Counted from the first letter of the stretch, positions 46,435 to 55,774 are shown. The stretch is DNA of 64,000 bases from an uncultured Actinomycetes bacterium (GCA_963777085.1 CAVZPI010000010.1:10065-74064), one strand, 5' to 3'. Made by a program: numbers and translations. The notes: generated by a model from the letters alone, not told the origin.

Positions 46435-47910
46435 CTACCAGCCGCCCTCGGCCCGGCGGTTGTAGCGGACATCGGTGTCGCCGAGGTCGAAGACCAGCAG
46501 CTTCTGCTCGGTGAACCGCTCGAGGAACCATTGCGACAGCTCGCGGCCGACGCCGCTGTTGCCGGTGCCACCGAACGGGGCGAGCTGGTCCCAGTAGTTG
46601 CTGGTCTCGTTGATGTTCACCGTGCCGTGCTGGAGCGCCTCGCCGACCCGCCAGGCGGTCGCCAGGTCGCGGGTCCACAGCGAGGCGATGAGGCCCAGCT
46701 TGCTCGAATTGGCGATCTCGACGGCCTCGGCGATCGACGAGATCCGGATGATCGGCGCCACCGGGCCGAAGGTCTCCTCCTGCGCGATGAGCATCGCCGT
46801 GGTGACGCCCGTGAGGATCGTGGCAGGGAAGAAGAGCCCCTCCTGCGGTCCGAACTGCGTGATCTCGGCGCCCCGTGCGCGGGCGTCCTCGACATGGGCG
46901 ACGACCCGCTGAAGCGTCCCCTCGTTGCGCAGCGGTCCCATGTCGGTCTCGTCGTCGCCCGGATCGCCGATCCGCAGCTGGGATGCCCGAGCCGTGAGCT
47001 TCGCCACGAACTCGTCGTGGACGTCCTCGTGAACCAGCAGGCGCTCGCCGGAGGTGCAGACCTGGCCGGCGTAGTAGAAGCAGGCGTTCATCGCGCCTTC
47101 GACCGCGGCGTCGATGTCGGCATCGGCCAGCACGATCACCGGCCCGTCGCCGCCGAGCTCGAGAAGGTGCGGGCGCAGCGCGGCCTTCGCGGCGATGCGC
47201 TTGCCCGTGGCGGTCGAGCCGGTGAAGAACAGGCCGTCGACATCCTCGTGGTCGACGACCGCCGCGCCGACGTCACCGAAGCCGTGCACGACGTTCAGCA
47301 CGCCCGGCGGGAGGCCGGCCTCCTCGCAGATCTCCGCGACCATGTTGCAGCAGAGCGGGGAGAACTCCGACGGCTTCCATACGACCGTGTTTCCCGCGGC
47401 GATCACGTGCGCGAGCGCGATCGACGAGATGTCGGTCGGGAAGTTGTACGGCGTGATCACGCCGACGACGCCGAGCGGACGGTGCGTCAGGACGAGACGC
47501 TTGTTGTTGGTCTGCTCCTGCGTGGACGGGAAGGACAGTCCGCGATGCCGAAGCACCTCCTCGCCCGCCTTCTGCCACGACGGGGCCGCGTACTCGTGCA
47601 CCTCCTCCCGCGCCTCGGCAACCGTCTTGCCGATCTCCACGATGAGGACCTGGGCGACCGCCTCGGCGCGCTGGGCGAAGAGGGCGTGGATCTGCCGCAT
47701 GACCTTGACGCGCTCGATGAGTGGCATGGCCGCCCAGTCCGGCTGGGCGGCACGCGCAGCCGCGACCGCCCGATCGACGTCGCCGGCATCGCAGCGCGCC
47801 ACGTCGGCGAGCAGCGCACCCGACTGCGGTGAATGCACCGGGAAGGTGCCGCTCGCGCCATCGACCCACGAACCGCCGATGAGTGCCTGGGTGGGGAACT
47901 GCTGAGTCAT
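46435..47910 (-). CDS. Aldehyde dehydrogenase family protein
   Basis: FTGSTATGKRIA, ELGGDGP and QVCTSGERLLV (catalytic Cys) are present. An ATG at 47910 (MTQQFPTQALIGG) was chosen inside ORF 46435..48027. Confidence 0.85.
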   Translation of the reverse strand: MTQQFPTQALIGGSWVDGASGTFPVHSPQSGALLADVARCDAGDVDRAVAAARAAQPDWAAMPLIERVKVMRQIHALFAQRAEAVAQVLIVEIGKTVAEAREEVHEYAAPSWQKAGEEVLRHRGLSFPSTQEQTNNKRLVLTHRPLGVVGVITPYNFPTDISSIALAHVIAAGNTVVWKPSEFSPLCCNMVAEICEEAGLPPGVLNVVHGFGDVGAAVVDHEDVDGLFFTGSTATGKRIAAKAALRPHLLELGGDGPVIVLADADIDAAVEGAMNACFYYAGQVCTSGERLLVHEDVHDEFVAKLTARASQLRIGDPGDDETDMGPLRNEGTLQRVVAHVEDARARGAEITQFGPQEGLFFPATILTGVTTAMLIAQEETFGPVAPIIRISSIAEAVEIANSSKLGLIASLWTRDLATAWRVGEALQHGTVNINETSNYWDQLAPFGGTGNSGVGRELSQWFLERFTEQKLLVFDLGDTDVRYNRRAEGGW

Positions 47911-48189
47911 ATGCGTCCGCCTCGCTCGAGTGTGACGGCCAAGGTAGCCGATGGACGGACCCCCGTGCGTGTTGACGAAAATGGCCGTTTCGGATAGCAA
48001 CCTGTCACGATCTATGACACGATCCATGCGGCGAGTTCGGGGGTCTCGTCCAAGACGCCAGCGCCCCGTCCTCGGGGGCCAGAGCCCGTTCGGGGGAACG
48101 CCGAGGACGGGGTGCTGACGCCGTCAACTGCCGCGTTGGCTTCACGCCCGTGGGAGCTATCGACCATCGAATCCGCGGAGAATGCCCAC

Positions 48190-49203
48190 ATGAGCGCGAG
48201 CAGACGCCCCGGCCGGCCGGCGACCATGAACGACGTCGCGGCCCTCGCCGGGGTGTCCCGGTCGCTTGTCTCCGCCGTCATGCGCGGCATCCCGGGGGCC
48301 AGCGAGTCGACCCGTCAGCGCATCCTCGACGCCGCCACCGATCTCGGATACCGGCCCGACGAGCGCGCCCGCATGCTGCGCAGCAACCGCAGCCATCAAC
48401 TTGGTGTCACGTTGACGGCCATCCATCCGTTCCACGCTGCGCTCGCGGAGCACATTCACGATGCCGCCGAGCGAGCCGGGTATGACGTGACCATGACCCT
48501 GGTGACGGCCCAGCGGCCGCTCGGTCGCGCTGTCGACGTGCTGCTGCGCCAGCGGGTGGATGCCCTCCTCCTCGTCGGCCCCACCGATCCGCCGCACGAG
48601 ATCGTCGCGCTGGCCGCCCAGGCGCCGACCGTCGTGGTGGACGGCTGCATCGACGAGCCAGGTCTCGATGCGCTGCGCATCGATGACACGGCGGCGATGC
48701 GGCTGACCATCGAGCATCTGGCGGGCCTGGGGCACCGGGACATCTGGCACGTGGACGGCGGCGGCTGGGTCAGCGCGGCGCCCCGCCGCGCCGGATACGT
48801 CACGGCCATGGACGAGGCCGGGCTGCACGACCACGCTCGCGTCGTCCCCGGCGGGGGCACCTGTACCGAGGGAAGCCGTGCGGCCGGCAGGATCGCAGAC
48901 GGAGGATCCCTGCCGACCGCGCTTGCGGTGTACAACGACGTCGCGGCCATCGGGCTGGTGGGCACCCTCGCCCACCGCGGCATCCGCGTTCCGGGGGACC
49001 TGTCCGTGGTGGGATTCGACGACATCCCCGAGGCGGCCCTTGAGCACGTCCGGCTCACCACGATCGTCCAGCACTCCGAGGACCTCGCCGCAGCTGCCGT
49101 GGCACGGGCCATCGCCCGGGCGGAGGGTGCGGAGCCCGAGGGGCTTCGGCTGCTGGCGCCGGGGTTGGCGGTCCGGTCAAGCACCGCCGGGCCACGGACG
49201 TAG
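48190..49203 (+). CDS. LacI-family transcriptional regulator
   Basis: ATMNDVAALAGVSRSLVSAVMRG is the HTH, followed by a periplasmic-binding-protein-like fold. The start is at 48190 or 48226. Confidence 0.85.
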   Translation: MSASRRPGRPATMNDVAALAGVSRSLVSAVMRGIPGASESTRQRILDAATDLGYRPDERARMLRSNRSHQLGVTLTAIHPFHAALAEHIHDAAERAGYDVTMTLVTAQRPLGRAVDVLLRQRVDALLLVGPTDPPHEIVALAAQAPTVVVDGCIDEPGLDALRIDDTAAMRLTIEHLAGLGHRDIWHVDGGGWVSAAPRRAGYVTAMDEAGLHDHARVVPGGGTCTEGSRAAGRIADGGSLPTALAVYNDVAAIGLVGTLAHRGIRVPGDLSVVGFDDIPEAALEHVRLTTIVQHSEDLAAAAVARAIARAEGAEPEGLRLLAPGLAVRSSTAGPRT

Positions 49204-49252
49204 CATGCTCCTGACCCGCTGCCGCGGGCGCCAACGACTCCCGGAGGTAGGA

Positions 49253-49675
49253 ATGGCAACGACGCGACGCGCTGCAGCGCTGTGGAACGGCAGCCTGATG
49301 GAGGGCAGCGGCCAGGTCACCCTGGAATCGTCCGGGGTGGGCACCTTCCCGGTCTCGTGGCCCGCGCGCTCGACGGAGGCCAACGGCGTGACCAGCCCGG
49401 AGGAGCTCATCGCCGCAGCGCACTCGACCTGCTTCTCCATGGCCCTGTCGCATGGCCTGGCGCAGGCCGGCACGCCACCGCTGAGGCTCGAGACCTCGGC
49501 TGAGGTGGATTTCCAGCCCGGCACGGGCATCACGGCGATCCGACTCGAGGTGCGCGGCGAGGTGCCCGGCCTCGACGCGGAGGGATTCCGTGCGGCGGCC
49601 GAGGCGGCCAAGGAGGGCTGCCCGGTCAGCCAGGCACTGAAGGCGGTGCCCATCACGCTCACCGTCCTGGACTGA
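49253..49675 (+). CDS. osmC: OsmC-family peroxiredoxin
   Basis: 140 aa with a GGAGGTAGGA SD. AAHSTCFSMAL and EGCPVSQAL carry the two conserved Cys. Confidence 0.85.
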   Translation: MATTRRAAALWNGSLMEGSGQVTLESSGVGTFPVSWPARSTEANGVTSPEELIAAAHSTCFSMALSHGLAQAGTPPLRLETSAEVDFQPGTGITAIRLEVRGEVPGLDAEGFRAAAEAAKEGCPVSQALKAVPITLTVLD

Positions 49676-49682
49676 GAGCGTC

Positions 49683-49719
49683 GGCCATCCTGGCGGCGCC
49701 TCACAGCGCCAGGATGGCC
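49683..49719. terminator. 13-bp stem hairpin between convergent genes
   Basis: GGCCATCCTGGCG-11 nt-CGCCAGGATGGCC. It begins 8 nt after the osmC stop, and its right arm overlaps the last codons of the GH13 gene. Confidence 0.45.
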
Positions 49720-51032
49720 CAGCCGCAGGGGGGCAGGTGCACTGCGCGGGCGTCATCGGGCCCGCCCAGACGCCCTTCGCCCGCGAGCACGGTCGTGGCG
49801 CCGGGCGCGGCCAGCGTGACCGTGTCGACCGACAGGCTGAGGGCCACCCGGAGGGCGTGCTCCCCCGCGTGCGCGGTGTAGACGATGCGGTCGCTCTCGA
49901 CCGACTCGATGCGCGTCTGCGCCCGGTGCAGCCAGGGGTGCCGCCTCCTGAGCCCGATGAGCAACTGGTGGAGCCGGTAGACGGGCCAGCCGTCCGGCGA
50001 CAGGCCTGCGGGCGAGTCCGGGAAAGCGGGTCGAACGGCGTCGTCGCCGCCTTCGCGCTCCTCCTTCACGCCCCGGAAGCCCTGCTCGTCGCCGGCATAG
50101 ATCGACGGCGTCCCGCCCACGGTCATCAGGATGACCAGGGCGTGCGCCAGGTGCCGGTCATCGGTGAGCCGGCTGGCAATCCGAGTGACGTCGTGGTTCC
50201 CGACGAAGGTGAGCGGCGCGAACTGGGCGACGAGGTCGTCGTGACGGGTGAGGGTCCAGGCCAGCTCGTGGAAGTTCGCGTCGTTGAGCGAGCTCCACGT
50301 GGACTTCCACAGCTCGTACTCGGTCACCGAGTCCAGGCCGCTGTCGTGCAGGTAGCCGGCGTAGTCGCCGTGGATGAGCTCACCCACGAAGTACGCGTCA
50401 GGGTGTCGGGCGCGCACGCGGCGCAGCACCTCGGCCCAGAAGGTCGCGGGGACCGCGTAGGCCGCGTCCAGCCGCCAGCCGTCCGCCCCCCGGGCGAGCC
50501 AGTGGCACATGACGGCGACGACGAGGTCGACGACCGCCGGCTCGGCATGGTTCAGCGTGACCAGCTGCCGGTGTCCCTCGAAGTGCGCATAGTCCGGCTC
50601 GCCGCAGGCGTCGCCGGAGCCCGGCCAGTGGAGGTGGAACCAGCTGCCGGCGGCGGACCCCGGTCCCTGCGCCACGGCCTCCTGGAACAGGGGGAAGTCC
50701 CTGCCCACATGGTTGAACACTCCGTCGAGCAGCACGCGGACGCCTCGCGCGTGGGCCTCACGCACGAGTTCGTCGAAGTCGTCCTCGTCGCCGAGTCGGC
50801 GGTCGATCGCGAAGTAGTCGACGGTGTCATAGCCGTGCGAGGCGGACTCGAAGACCGGCCCGAGCAGCAGCCCGGAGGCGCCCATCTCGACGAGGTAGTC
50901 GAGCCAGCCGACCAGGCGCGGCAGTCGGTGCACGGTCGGCTCGTCCGCGGGCAGGGCCGTCGGCTCGGCGCCCACGAAGCCCAGCGGAAACACCTGCCAC
51001 CACACCACGTGCTCCACCCAGGACGGCATCAC
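49701..51032 (-). CDS. Alpha-amylase family (GH13) glycosyl hydrolase
   Basis: 443 aa with VLLDGVFNHVG, GWRLDAA, FVGELIHGD and FVGNHD, which are conserved regions I-IV. Confidence 0.85.
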   Translation of the reverse strand: MMPSWVEHVVWWQVFPLGFVGAEPTALPADEPTVHRLPRLVGWLDYLVEMGASGLLLGPVFESASHGYDTVDYFAIDRRLGDEDDFDELVREAHARGVRVLLDGVFNHVGRDFPLFQEAVAQGPGSAAGSWFHLHWPGSGDACGEPDYAHFEGHRQLVTLNHAEPAVVDLVVAVMCHWLARGADGWRLDAAYAVPATFWAEVLRRVRARHPDAYFVGELIHGDYAGYLHDSGLDSVTEYELWKSTWSSLNDANFHELAWTLTRHDDLVAQFAPLTFVGNHDVTRIASRLTDDRHLAHALVILMTVGGTPSIYAGDEQGFRGVKEEREGGDDAVRPAFPDSPAGLSPDGWPVYRLHQLLIGLRRRHPWLHRAQTRIESVESDRIVYTAHAGEHALRVALSLSVDTVTLAAPGATTVLAGEGRLGGPDDARAVHLPPCGWAILAL

Positions 51033-51147
51033 CAGCCTCCGATCACGCGAATGTCCTGGTCATCCTCGCAGCATCGGCACACGGACGGCGGCCGTCGGCC
51101 CGAGTCCGTAGGGTGTCAGGAGGCAGTTCACGAACTGGGGGAGCGCG

Positions 51148-52827
51148 ATGGGCGACAACGATCCGCTGGAGGGTCCGGACGAGGACCTGTGGGCGCGGCT
51201 CGACACGGCGGAGGGCGCCGAGCGTGGCTGGCTGCTGCAGGAGCTCGGCGAGCGCAAGTTCCGCAACGGCGACTTCGAGGACGGTGCGGCCCTGCTCGAG
51301 AGCGCAGCCCAGTCGTTCCTGTCCGCAGGACTCGACTCGGAGTCCGCGAACTCCCTCTACTGGCTCGCGCAGACGCTGCGGCGGGCCGACCGCGCCGACG
51401 AGGCGATCACCGTGTTCCGGCAGTCCTCGGACCTGTTCCGCGAGGTGGGCGACGAGAGCCAGCTCGCGGCGTGCCATCAGGGCGTGGGCATCACCCTGTC
51501 CGACACGGGTCGCGATGAGGAGGCACTGGCCGACCTCGAGTCCGCCGAGCGCCTCCACGAGGCGGCCGGTGATCTGGAGGAGAGCGGCCGCTCGGCCATG
51601 GCCCGCGGCCAGGCGCTGGGCAGGCTGGGCCGGCAGGCACAGGCCCTCGAGGTCTTCCGTCGGGCCCGTTCGCAGTTCCGGCGGGTCTCCGAGGCCTCCC
51701 TGGTCGTGTGGGCCGACGACCGTGCTGCGGCCGCGCTGATCGACCTCGGCCAGGTGCGCGAGGCGATCGAGATCCTGCGCAACTGCCTGCTGGTCATGGA
51801 GAACAGCGGCCGTCACATCGATCGCGCGTATGCCGCCTACCGGCTGGGCTGGACGCTGCGCATCGATGACCGCAACGAGGAGGCGCTGCCCTACCTGAGC
51901 CAGGCGCATGCGGAGTACGCGGAGGAGGGCAACCTGCACGGCATGGCGGGTTGCGATCTCGAGGCCGGACACGCCTACTCCGGCCAGGGCGACTGGGTCG
52001 AGGCCGAACGGCTGTACGTGAAGGCCAGGGCCACGTTCGACGCGCTCGGGGACGACCACTCGATGGGCCTCGCCGATGCCGCCCGCGCCCACGTGTTCCG
52101 CGTGCGCGGCGACATCGATGCCGCCCTGCACATCGAGTCCATAGCCCTCGAGCATGCCCGCGAGACCGAGAACGGCTGGCTGGTCACGACGCTCGTCACG
52201 CGTATGGCCGACGACCTGGTGAACGTCGGACGCGCCCGCGAGGCGCTCGACCTGCTCTCCGACCCGGGCAGCACGCCGCTCCCGCTCGGCGACGAACTGC
52301 ACGAGCAGAACTTCCGGCGCTACGTGCATGCCTCGGCAGCCCTGGCCGTGGGCGATGCCGCAGGCGCCCGGGCACTTACCGAGCTGGGGATCTCCGAGCT
52401 CACCGGAACCGATGCGATCGAGCGGCTCGCCGACATGCACCGTGTGCACAGCGAGATCGTGCGGTCCGACGACGTCGATGCGGCCAACCGCGAACTGGCC
52501 TTCGCCGTTGCGCTCTACCTGGCCGCCGGCCAGGTAGAGAAGGCCACCGAGAATTTCAGCGGTGTTCCTGCCGTCCGAGTCCGGACCCTCGGTCGTCCCG
52601 GGTACCTTCGAGCTCACCTCGCAGGGCCCGGCCAGTCCGCCCGCGCCACCCATCACCTGATGGCGGCCCCGCCCCGTCCGATGCCTCGCCACTCATGGGG
52701 GGAATTGCCGTTGCGGAGCCCCCACGAGTGCCGACGCATCGTGAGAATCGTCATCGGACGACACGTGGTACGAGCCCGCACGCTGTGGTGCCTGCCCGCC
52801 GGCATGGGACCAGCTAGCCGACGATGA
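51148..52827 (+). CDS. Tetratricopeptide-repeat protein (3' end uncertain)
   Basis: It has about 500 aa of TPR-like helical repeats. After about 52555 the ORF reads through repeat B copy 2. An alternative frame ends at TGA 52658-52660, just before that repeat. Confidence 0.65.
   Translation: MGDNDPLEGPDEDLWARLDTAEGAERGWLLQELGERKFRNGDFEDGAALLESAAQSFLSAGLDSESANSLYWLAQTLRRADRADEAITVFRQSSDLFREVGDESQLAACHQGVGITLSDTGRDEEALADLESAERLHEAAGDLEESGRSAMARGQALGRLGRQAQALEVFRRARSQFRRVSEASLVVWADDRAAAALIDLGQVREAIEILRNCLLVMENSGRHIDRAYAAYRLGWTLRIDDRNEEALPYLSQAHAEYAEEGNLHGMAGCDLEAGHAYSGQGDWVEAERLYVKARATFDALGDDHSMGLADAARAHVFRVRGDIDAALHIESIALEHARETENGWLVTTLVTRMADDLVNVGRAREALDLLSDPGSTPLPLGDELHEQNFRRYVHASAALAVGDAAGARALTELGISELTGTDAIERLADMHRVHSEIVRSDDVDAANRELAFAVALYLAAGQVEKATENFSGVPAVRVRTLGRPGYLRAHLAGPGQSARATHHLMAAPPRPMPRHSWGELPLRSPHECRRIVRIVIGRHVVRARTLWCLPAGMGPASRR
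52678..52741. repeat. Repeat family B, copy 2
   Basis: CCGATGCCTCGCCACTCATGGGGGG-loop-CCCCCACGAGTGCCGACGCATCG. Confidence 0.8.
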
Positions 52828-53050
52828 CCTGGCGCTGGGCCCGCAGCGACATCACCAGCGCGATGATCCAGCCGACCACTGTCCAGCCGAGCAGCAGGTT
52901 CACCCAGAACACGGACCAGTGCGGCACGTCGCGGACCGCGGCGAGCGCCCACGGCAGCATGTAGCCGGCGGTGAGGATCGCGACGATGACGGCCACGACC
53001 TTCGTGGTCGTCCAGGACGGGTGCTCGGGCTCGACATGGACGCTGCTCAT
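52814..53050 (-). CDS. Superinfection-immunity-family (Imm_superinfect-like) small membrane protein
   Basis: 78 aa from the ATG at 53050. YMLPWALAAVRDVPHWSVFWVNLLLGWTVVGWIIALVMSL matches the family pattern. Confidence 0.65.
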   Translation of the reverse strand: MSSVHVEPEHPSWTTTKVVAVIVAILTAGYMLPWALAAVRDVPHWSVFWVNLLLGWTVVGWIIALVMSLRAQRQVIVG

Positions 53051-53060
53051 GCAGGCGATG

Positions 53061-53492
53061 CTACCGAGGGGCGGCAGCCACCGGCGGGCCAGCCGCGTCG
53101 GCCTGAGCGTCAGGCCGGGGCAGCGCCACACGGAGCTCCGCCTTGATGCGGCCGGGCCGGTTGCTCATCACGAGCACGCGGTCGGAGATGTAGACGGCCT
53201 CCTGGACGTCGTGCGCCTCCGTGAGGTACGGCTCATAGGTGACGGCCACCGGCACCTTGCCGGCTGCCAGCGCGGTGTTGACCCCCGTGTCGGCGTTGAA
53301 GTCGACGATGCTGGCGTCGACCCCGTTGCCGGCGAAGTAGCCCTCCTGCTGCGTGATGTACCAGGCGCCGTAGCCCAGCCAGGGCTGGGTGCCCATGTTC
53401 ACTGCGACCGCAGGGGGTGCGGAAACGCCGGACGCGGCGATTGCCGCGATGGCGGTCAAGGAGATGCGGCGGGCAGACAACGGGCGCGTCAT
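53061..53492 (-). pseudogene. In-frame deletion chimera: NitT/TauT-type ABC substrate-binding N-terminus fused to ABC ATPase C-terminus
   Basis: The signal peptide plus NMGTQPWLGYGAWYITQQEGYFAGNGVDASIVDF (SBP) join at ..LTEA|HDVQEAVYISDRVLVMSNRPGRIKAELRVALPRP, which is the H-loop and C-terminal end of an ATPase. Confidence 0.65.
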
Positions 53493-53664
53493 GGGGTTCG
53501 GTCATGGGCTGGTGGATCGCCTCGACGCCACATCCTCCCGCATGGCGATCGGATCTCTGCCCGGGGTCTGCGCGTGGGTGACTTGACCGACGCGGCGAGA
53601 CCGGGGGCCACGGACGCTGCAGTGCCCGAGCGGCCGGCGGCCTCGGGCGCACAGGTAGCGGGAA

Positions 53665-54027
53665 TCAGGCCGATGGGCCAGGTTCGACGGACTTCGGCGG
53701 CTCGCCTTCTGGGGGTGCATCGGCGGTCGGCTCCTCGCCTGGGTCCGCCCGCCCCTCGCCGGTGAGCTCGGCCTTGACGGCATCGAGCAGCCTGGCGGTG
53801 GCGTCCTTGGTCGCGGCGGCCACGTCGGGATCCGTCGTGGTCTCGTCGAGCTTGGCCATGGCGGCCTTGAGGGCGGACGTCACCTCCTCGACGGGTCCGC
53901 CGTCGGCCTCGGTCCGGGCCGACCGCATGGCATCGCCCGCATCCAGTGCGTGCTCCTTCAGCCTCTTGCCGAGGGTCCGGAAGGACGCGCCTACGCCCTG
54001 CCAGTCCGCGTGATCGCTGTCTGCCAT
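53665..54027 (-). CDS. Small acidic hypothetical protein
   Basis: 120 aa from the ATG at 54027 with a GAGGAGG SD (MADSDHADWQGVGASFRTLGKRLKEH...). The upstream part of ORF 53665..54192 only reads through repeat B copy 3. Confidence 0.55.
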   Translation of the reverse strand: MADSDHADWQGVGASFRTLGKRLKEHALDAGDAMRSARTEADGGPVEEVTSALKAAMAKLDETTTDPDVAAATKDATARLLDAVKAELTGEGRADPGEEPTADAPPEGEPPKSVEPGPSA

Positions 54028-54114
54028 GGTGACCTCCTCGTTGCGGGTGTACCGCCACCAGTATGCGTCGGCAGCGCGCGATCCCACCCCTGGACCGCTC
54101 AGTCCGTCGAGTCC

Positions 54115-54195
54115 CCGATGCCTCGCCACTGGTGGGCGCCTGCGGGGCTCCGAAATCGAGGCTCCGAAATCGAGCCACGAGTGACGAGGCATCGG
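54115..54195. repeat. Repeat family B, copy 3 (loop enlarged by a 14-bp tandem duplication)
   Basis: CCGATGCCTCGCCACTGGTGGGCG...GCCACGAGTGACGAGGCATCGG. The loop contains GCTCCGAAATCGAG twice (54147-54174). Confidence 0.8.
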
Positions 54196-54414
54196 TTGCG
54201 TCCAGCAACGCGTGGCGAGGCTGCGGGGATGCGATCAGGGATCCGGCAAGGAGGCGGACACGAGGGCTCACGTGCATGGGTGGGCCTCCTCGCTCGGTGG
54301 AGACGTCAGCATCGCCGGTCGTGATGGCTGTATCGGCCGGACACGCCCAGCGATGCGCCACGCTGGTGGGGATGCTTCCCCGGAGCCGATCTGCCGCCGT
54401 TGGCATCGGGGGAG

Positions 54415-54792
54415 TCAGCCCTTCGCCGCGGAGGCGTCGTAGTCGTCGCGTGCGGCGAGCACGTCGGGCATGTGCCTGATGGCCCAGGCCTCGAGCGCGG
54501 CGATGGGGCGTCGCAGCGTGCGCCCGAGCGCCGTGAGCTCGTAGTCCACGCGTGGGGGGACCACCGGGTGCACCGTGCGCGTCACGAGGCCGTCACGCTC
54601 GAGGCCACGCAGGGTCTGCGTGAGCATCTTCTGGCTGACTCCCTCGAGTCGTCGGGAGAGCTCGGTGTAGCGCAGGGGCCCGGCCGAGAGGGCGCCGATC
54701 GCGAGGACGGACCACCGGTCGCCGATGCGGTCGAGGACCTGGCGGCTCGGACAGTCGCGGGCGTAGGGATCCCATGGGCGCGGCTCGCTCAC
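54415..54792 (-). CDS. HxlR-family transcriptional regulator
   Basis: GTG at 54792. CPSRQVLDRIGDRWSVLAI...YTELSRRLEGVSQKMLTQTLRGLERDGLVTR is present. Confidence 0.85.
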   Translation of the reverse strand: MSEPRPWDPYARDCPSRQVLDRIGDRWSVLAIGALSAGPLRYTELSRRLEGVSQKMLTQTLRGLERDGLVTRTVHPVVPPRVDYELTALGRTLRRPIAALEAWAIRHMPDVLAARDDYDASAAKG

Positions 54793-54922
54793 GTGACACT
54801 CTCCATGAGATATGTATACCACTTTCAGGTGCTCACTCTCCAGTGGGAATGATCCTGGCGGACACTCGGTTGCGAGCACTGAACGGACGCATTCGGCGTC
54901 CGCGCAGATGCCAGGAGCGCAC

Positions 54923-55774
54923 ATGACCATCCTCGTCACCGGAGCGAGCGGCCAGCTCGGCCGGCTCGTCGTCTCATCCCTTCTCGGGCGCGGCGTGGCC
55001 GCCGACGAGATCGTCGCGGCCGCCCGCGATACCGGGAAGGTCGACGACCTTGCAGCGCAGGGAGTCCTCGTCCGTCGGGCCGACTACGCCGAGCCCGACT
55101 CCCTCGACGCCGCTTTCGCCGGAGTCGACCGGCTGCTGCTGATCTCGAGCAGCGAGATCGGTCAGCGGGTCGCCCAGCACGCCAACGTGGTCGCGGCGGC
55201 GGTGCGCGCGGGCGTGGCCCTCATCGTCTACACGAGCATCGCGAACGCCCCGACGTCGAGCCTGCAGCTGGCCGGGGAGCACGTCGAGACCGAGAGGGTG
55301 ATCGTCGCCTCCGGAATCCCATACGTGTTCCTGCGCAACTCCTGGTACACCGAGAACTACACCGCTCAGATGCCCGGGTTTCTGGCGCACGGAGTGGCCG
55401 GTTCGGCCGGGCAGGGCCGGGTCAGCGCAGCGACTCGCGCCGACTTCGCGGACGCCGCCGCGGCCGTCCTCGTCAGCGACGGGCACGAGGGCTCGGCGTA
55501 CGAGCTCGGCGGAGCCGACTTCACCATGTCCGAACTGGCAGCCGAGGTCAGCCGCCAGAGCGGCTCCGACGTCAGGTACTCGGACCTCCCGGAGGATGCG
55601 TACCGGCAGGTGCTCATCGGCGCAGGGCTGCCCGAGGCCTACGCGGCGCTGCTGGCCGACTCGGACCGCGGGATCGCGGCCGGCGACCTGCTCGTCGCGG
55701 CCGGCGATCTTGAACTCCTGATCGGGCGTGCGCCGACGTCGCTCGCGGACGCCGTGGCCCTGGCGCTGGCCTGA
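54923..55774 (+). CDS. NmrA/SDR-family NAD(P)H-dependent oxidoreductase (QorB-like)
   Basis: ATG at 54923 after an AGGAG SD. It begins MTILVTGASGQLGR. It is divergent from the HxlR gene, which is a classical pairing. Confidence 0.85.
   Translation: MTILVTGASGQLGRLVVSSLLGRGVAADEIVAAARDTGKVDDLAAQGVLVRRADYAEPDSLDAAFAGVDRLLLISSSEIGQRVAQHANVVAAAVRAGVALIVYTSIANAPTSSLQLAGEHVETERVIVASGIPYVFLRNSWYTENYTAQMPGFLAHGVAGSAGQGRVSAATRADFADAAAAVLVSDGHEGSAYELGGADFTMSELAAEVSRQSGSDVRYSDLPEDAYRQVLIGAGLPEAYAALLADSDRGIAAGDLLVAAGDLELLIGRAPTSLADAVALALA

Noticed and set aside
47985-48030. Direct repeat TGTCACGATC / TGACACGATC and weak palindrome CGAAA..TTTCG in the ALDH-LacI intergenic region, considered as the LacI operator.
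   Set aside because: LacI-family operators are normally 14-20 bp palindromes. These are direct repeats or have only 5-bp arms, so the call would be guesswork.
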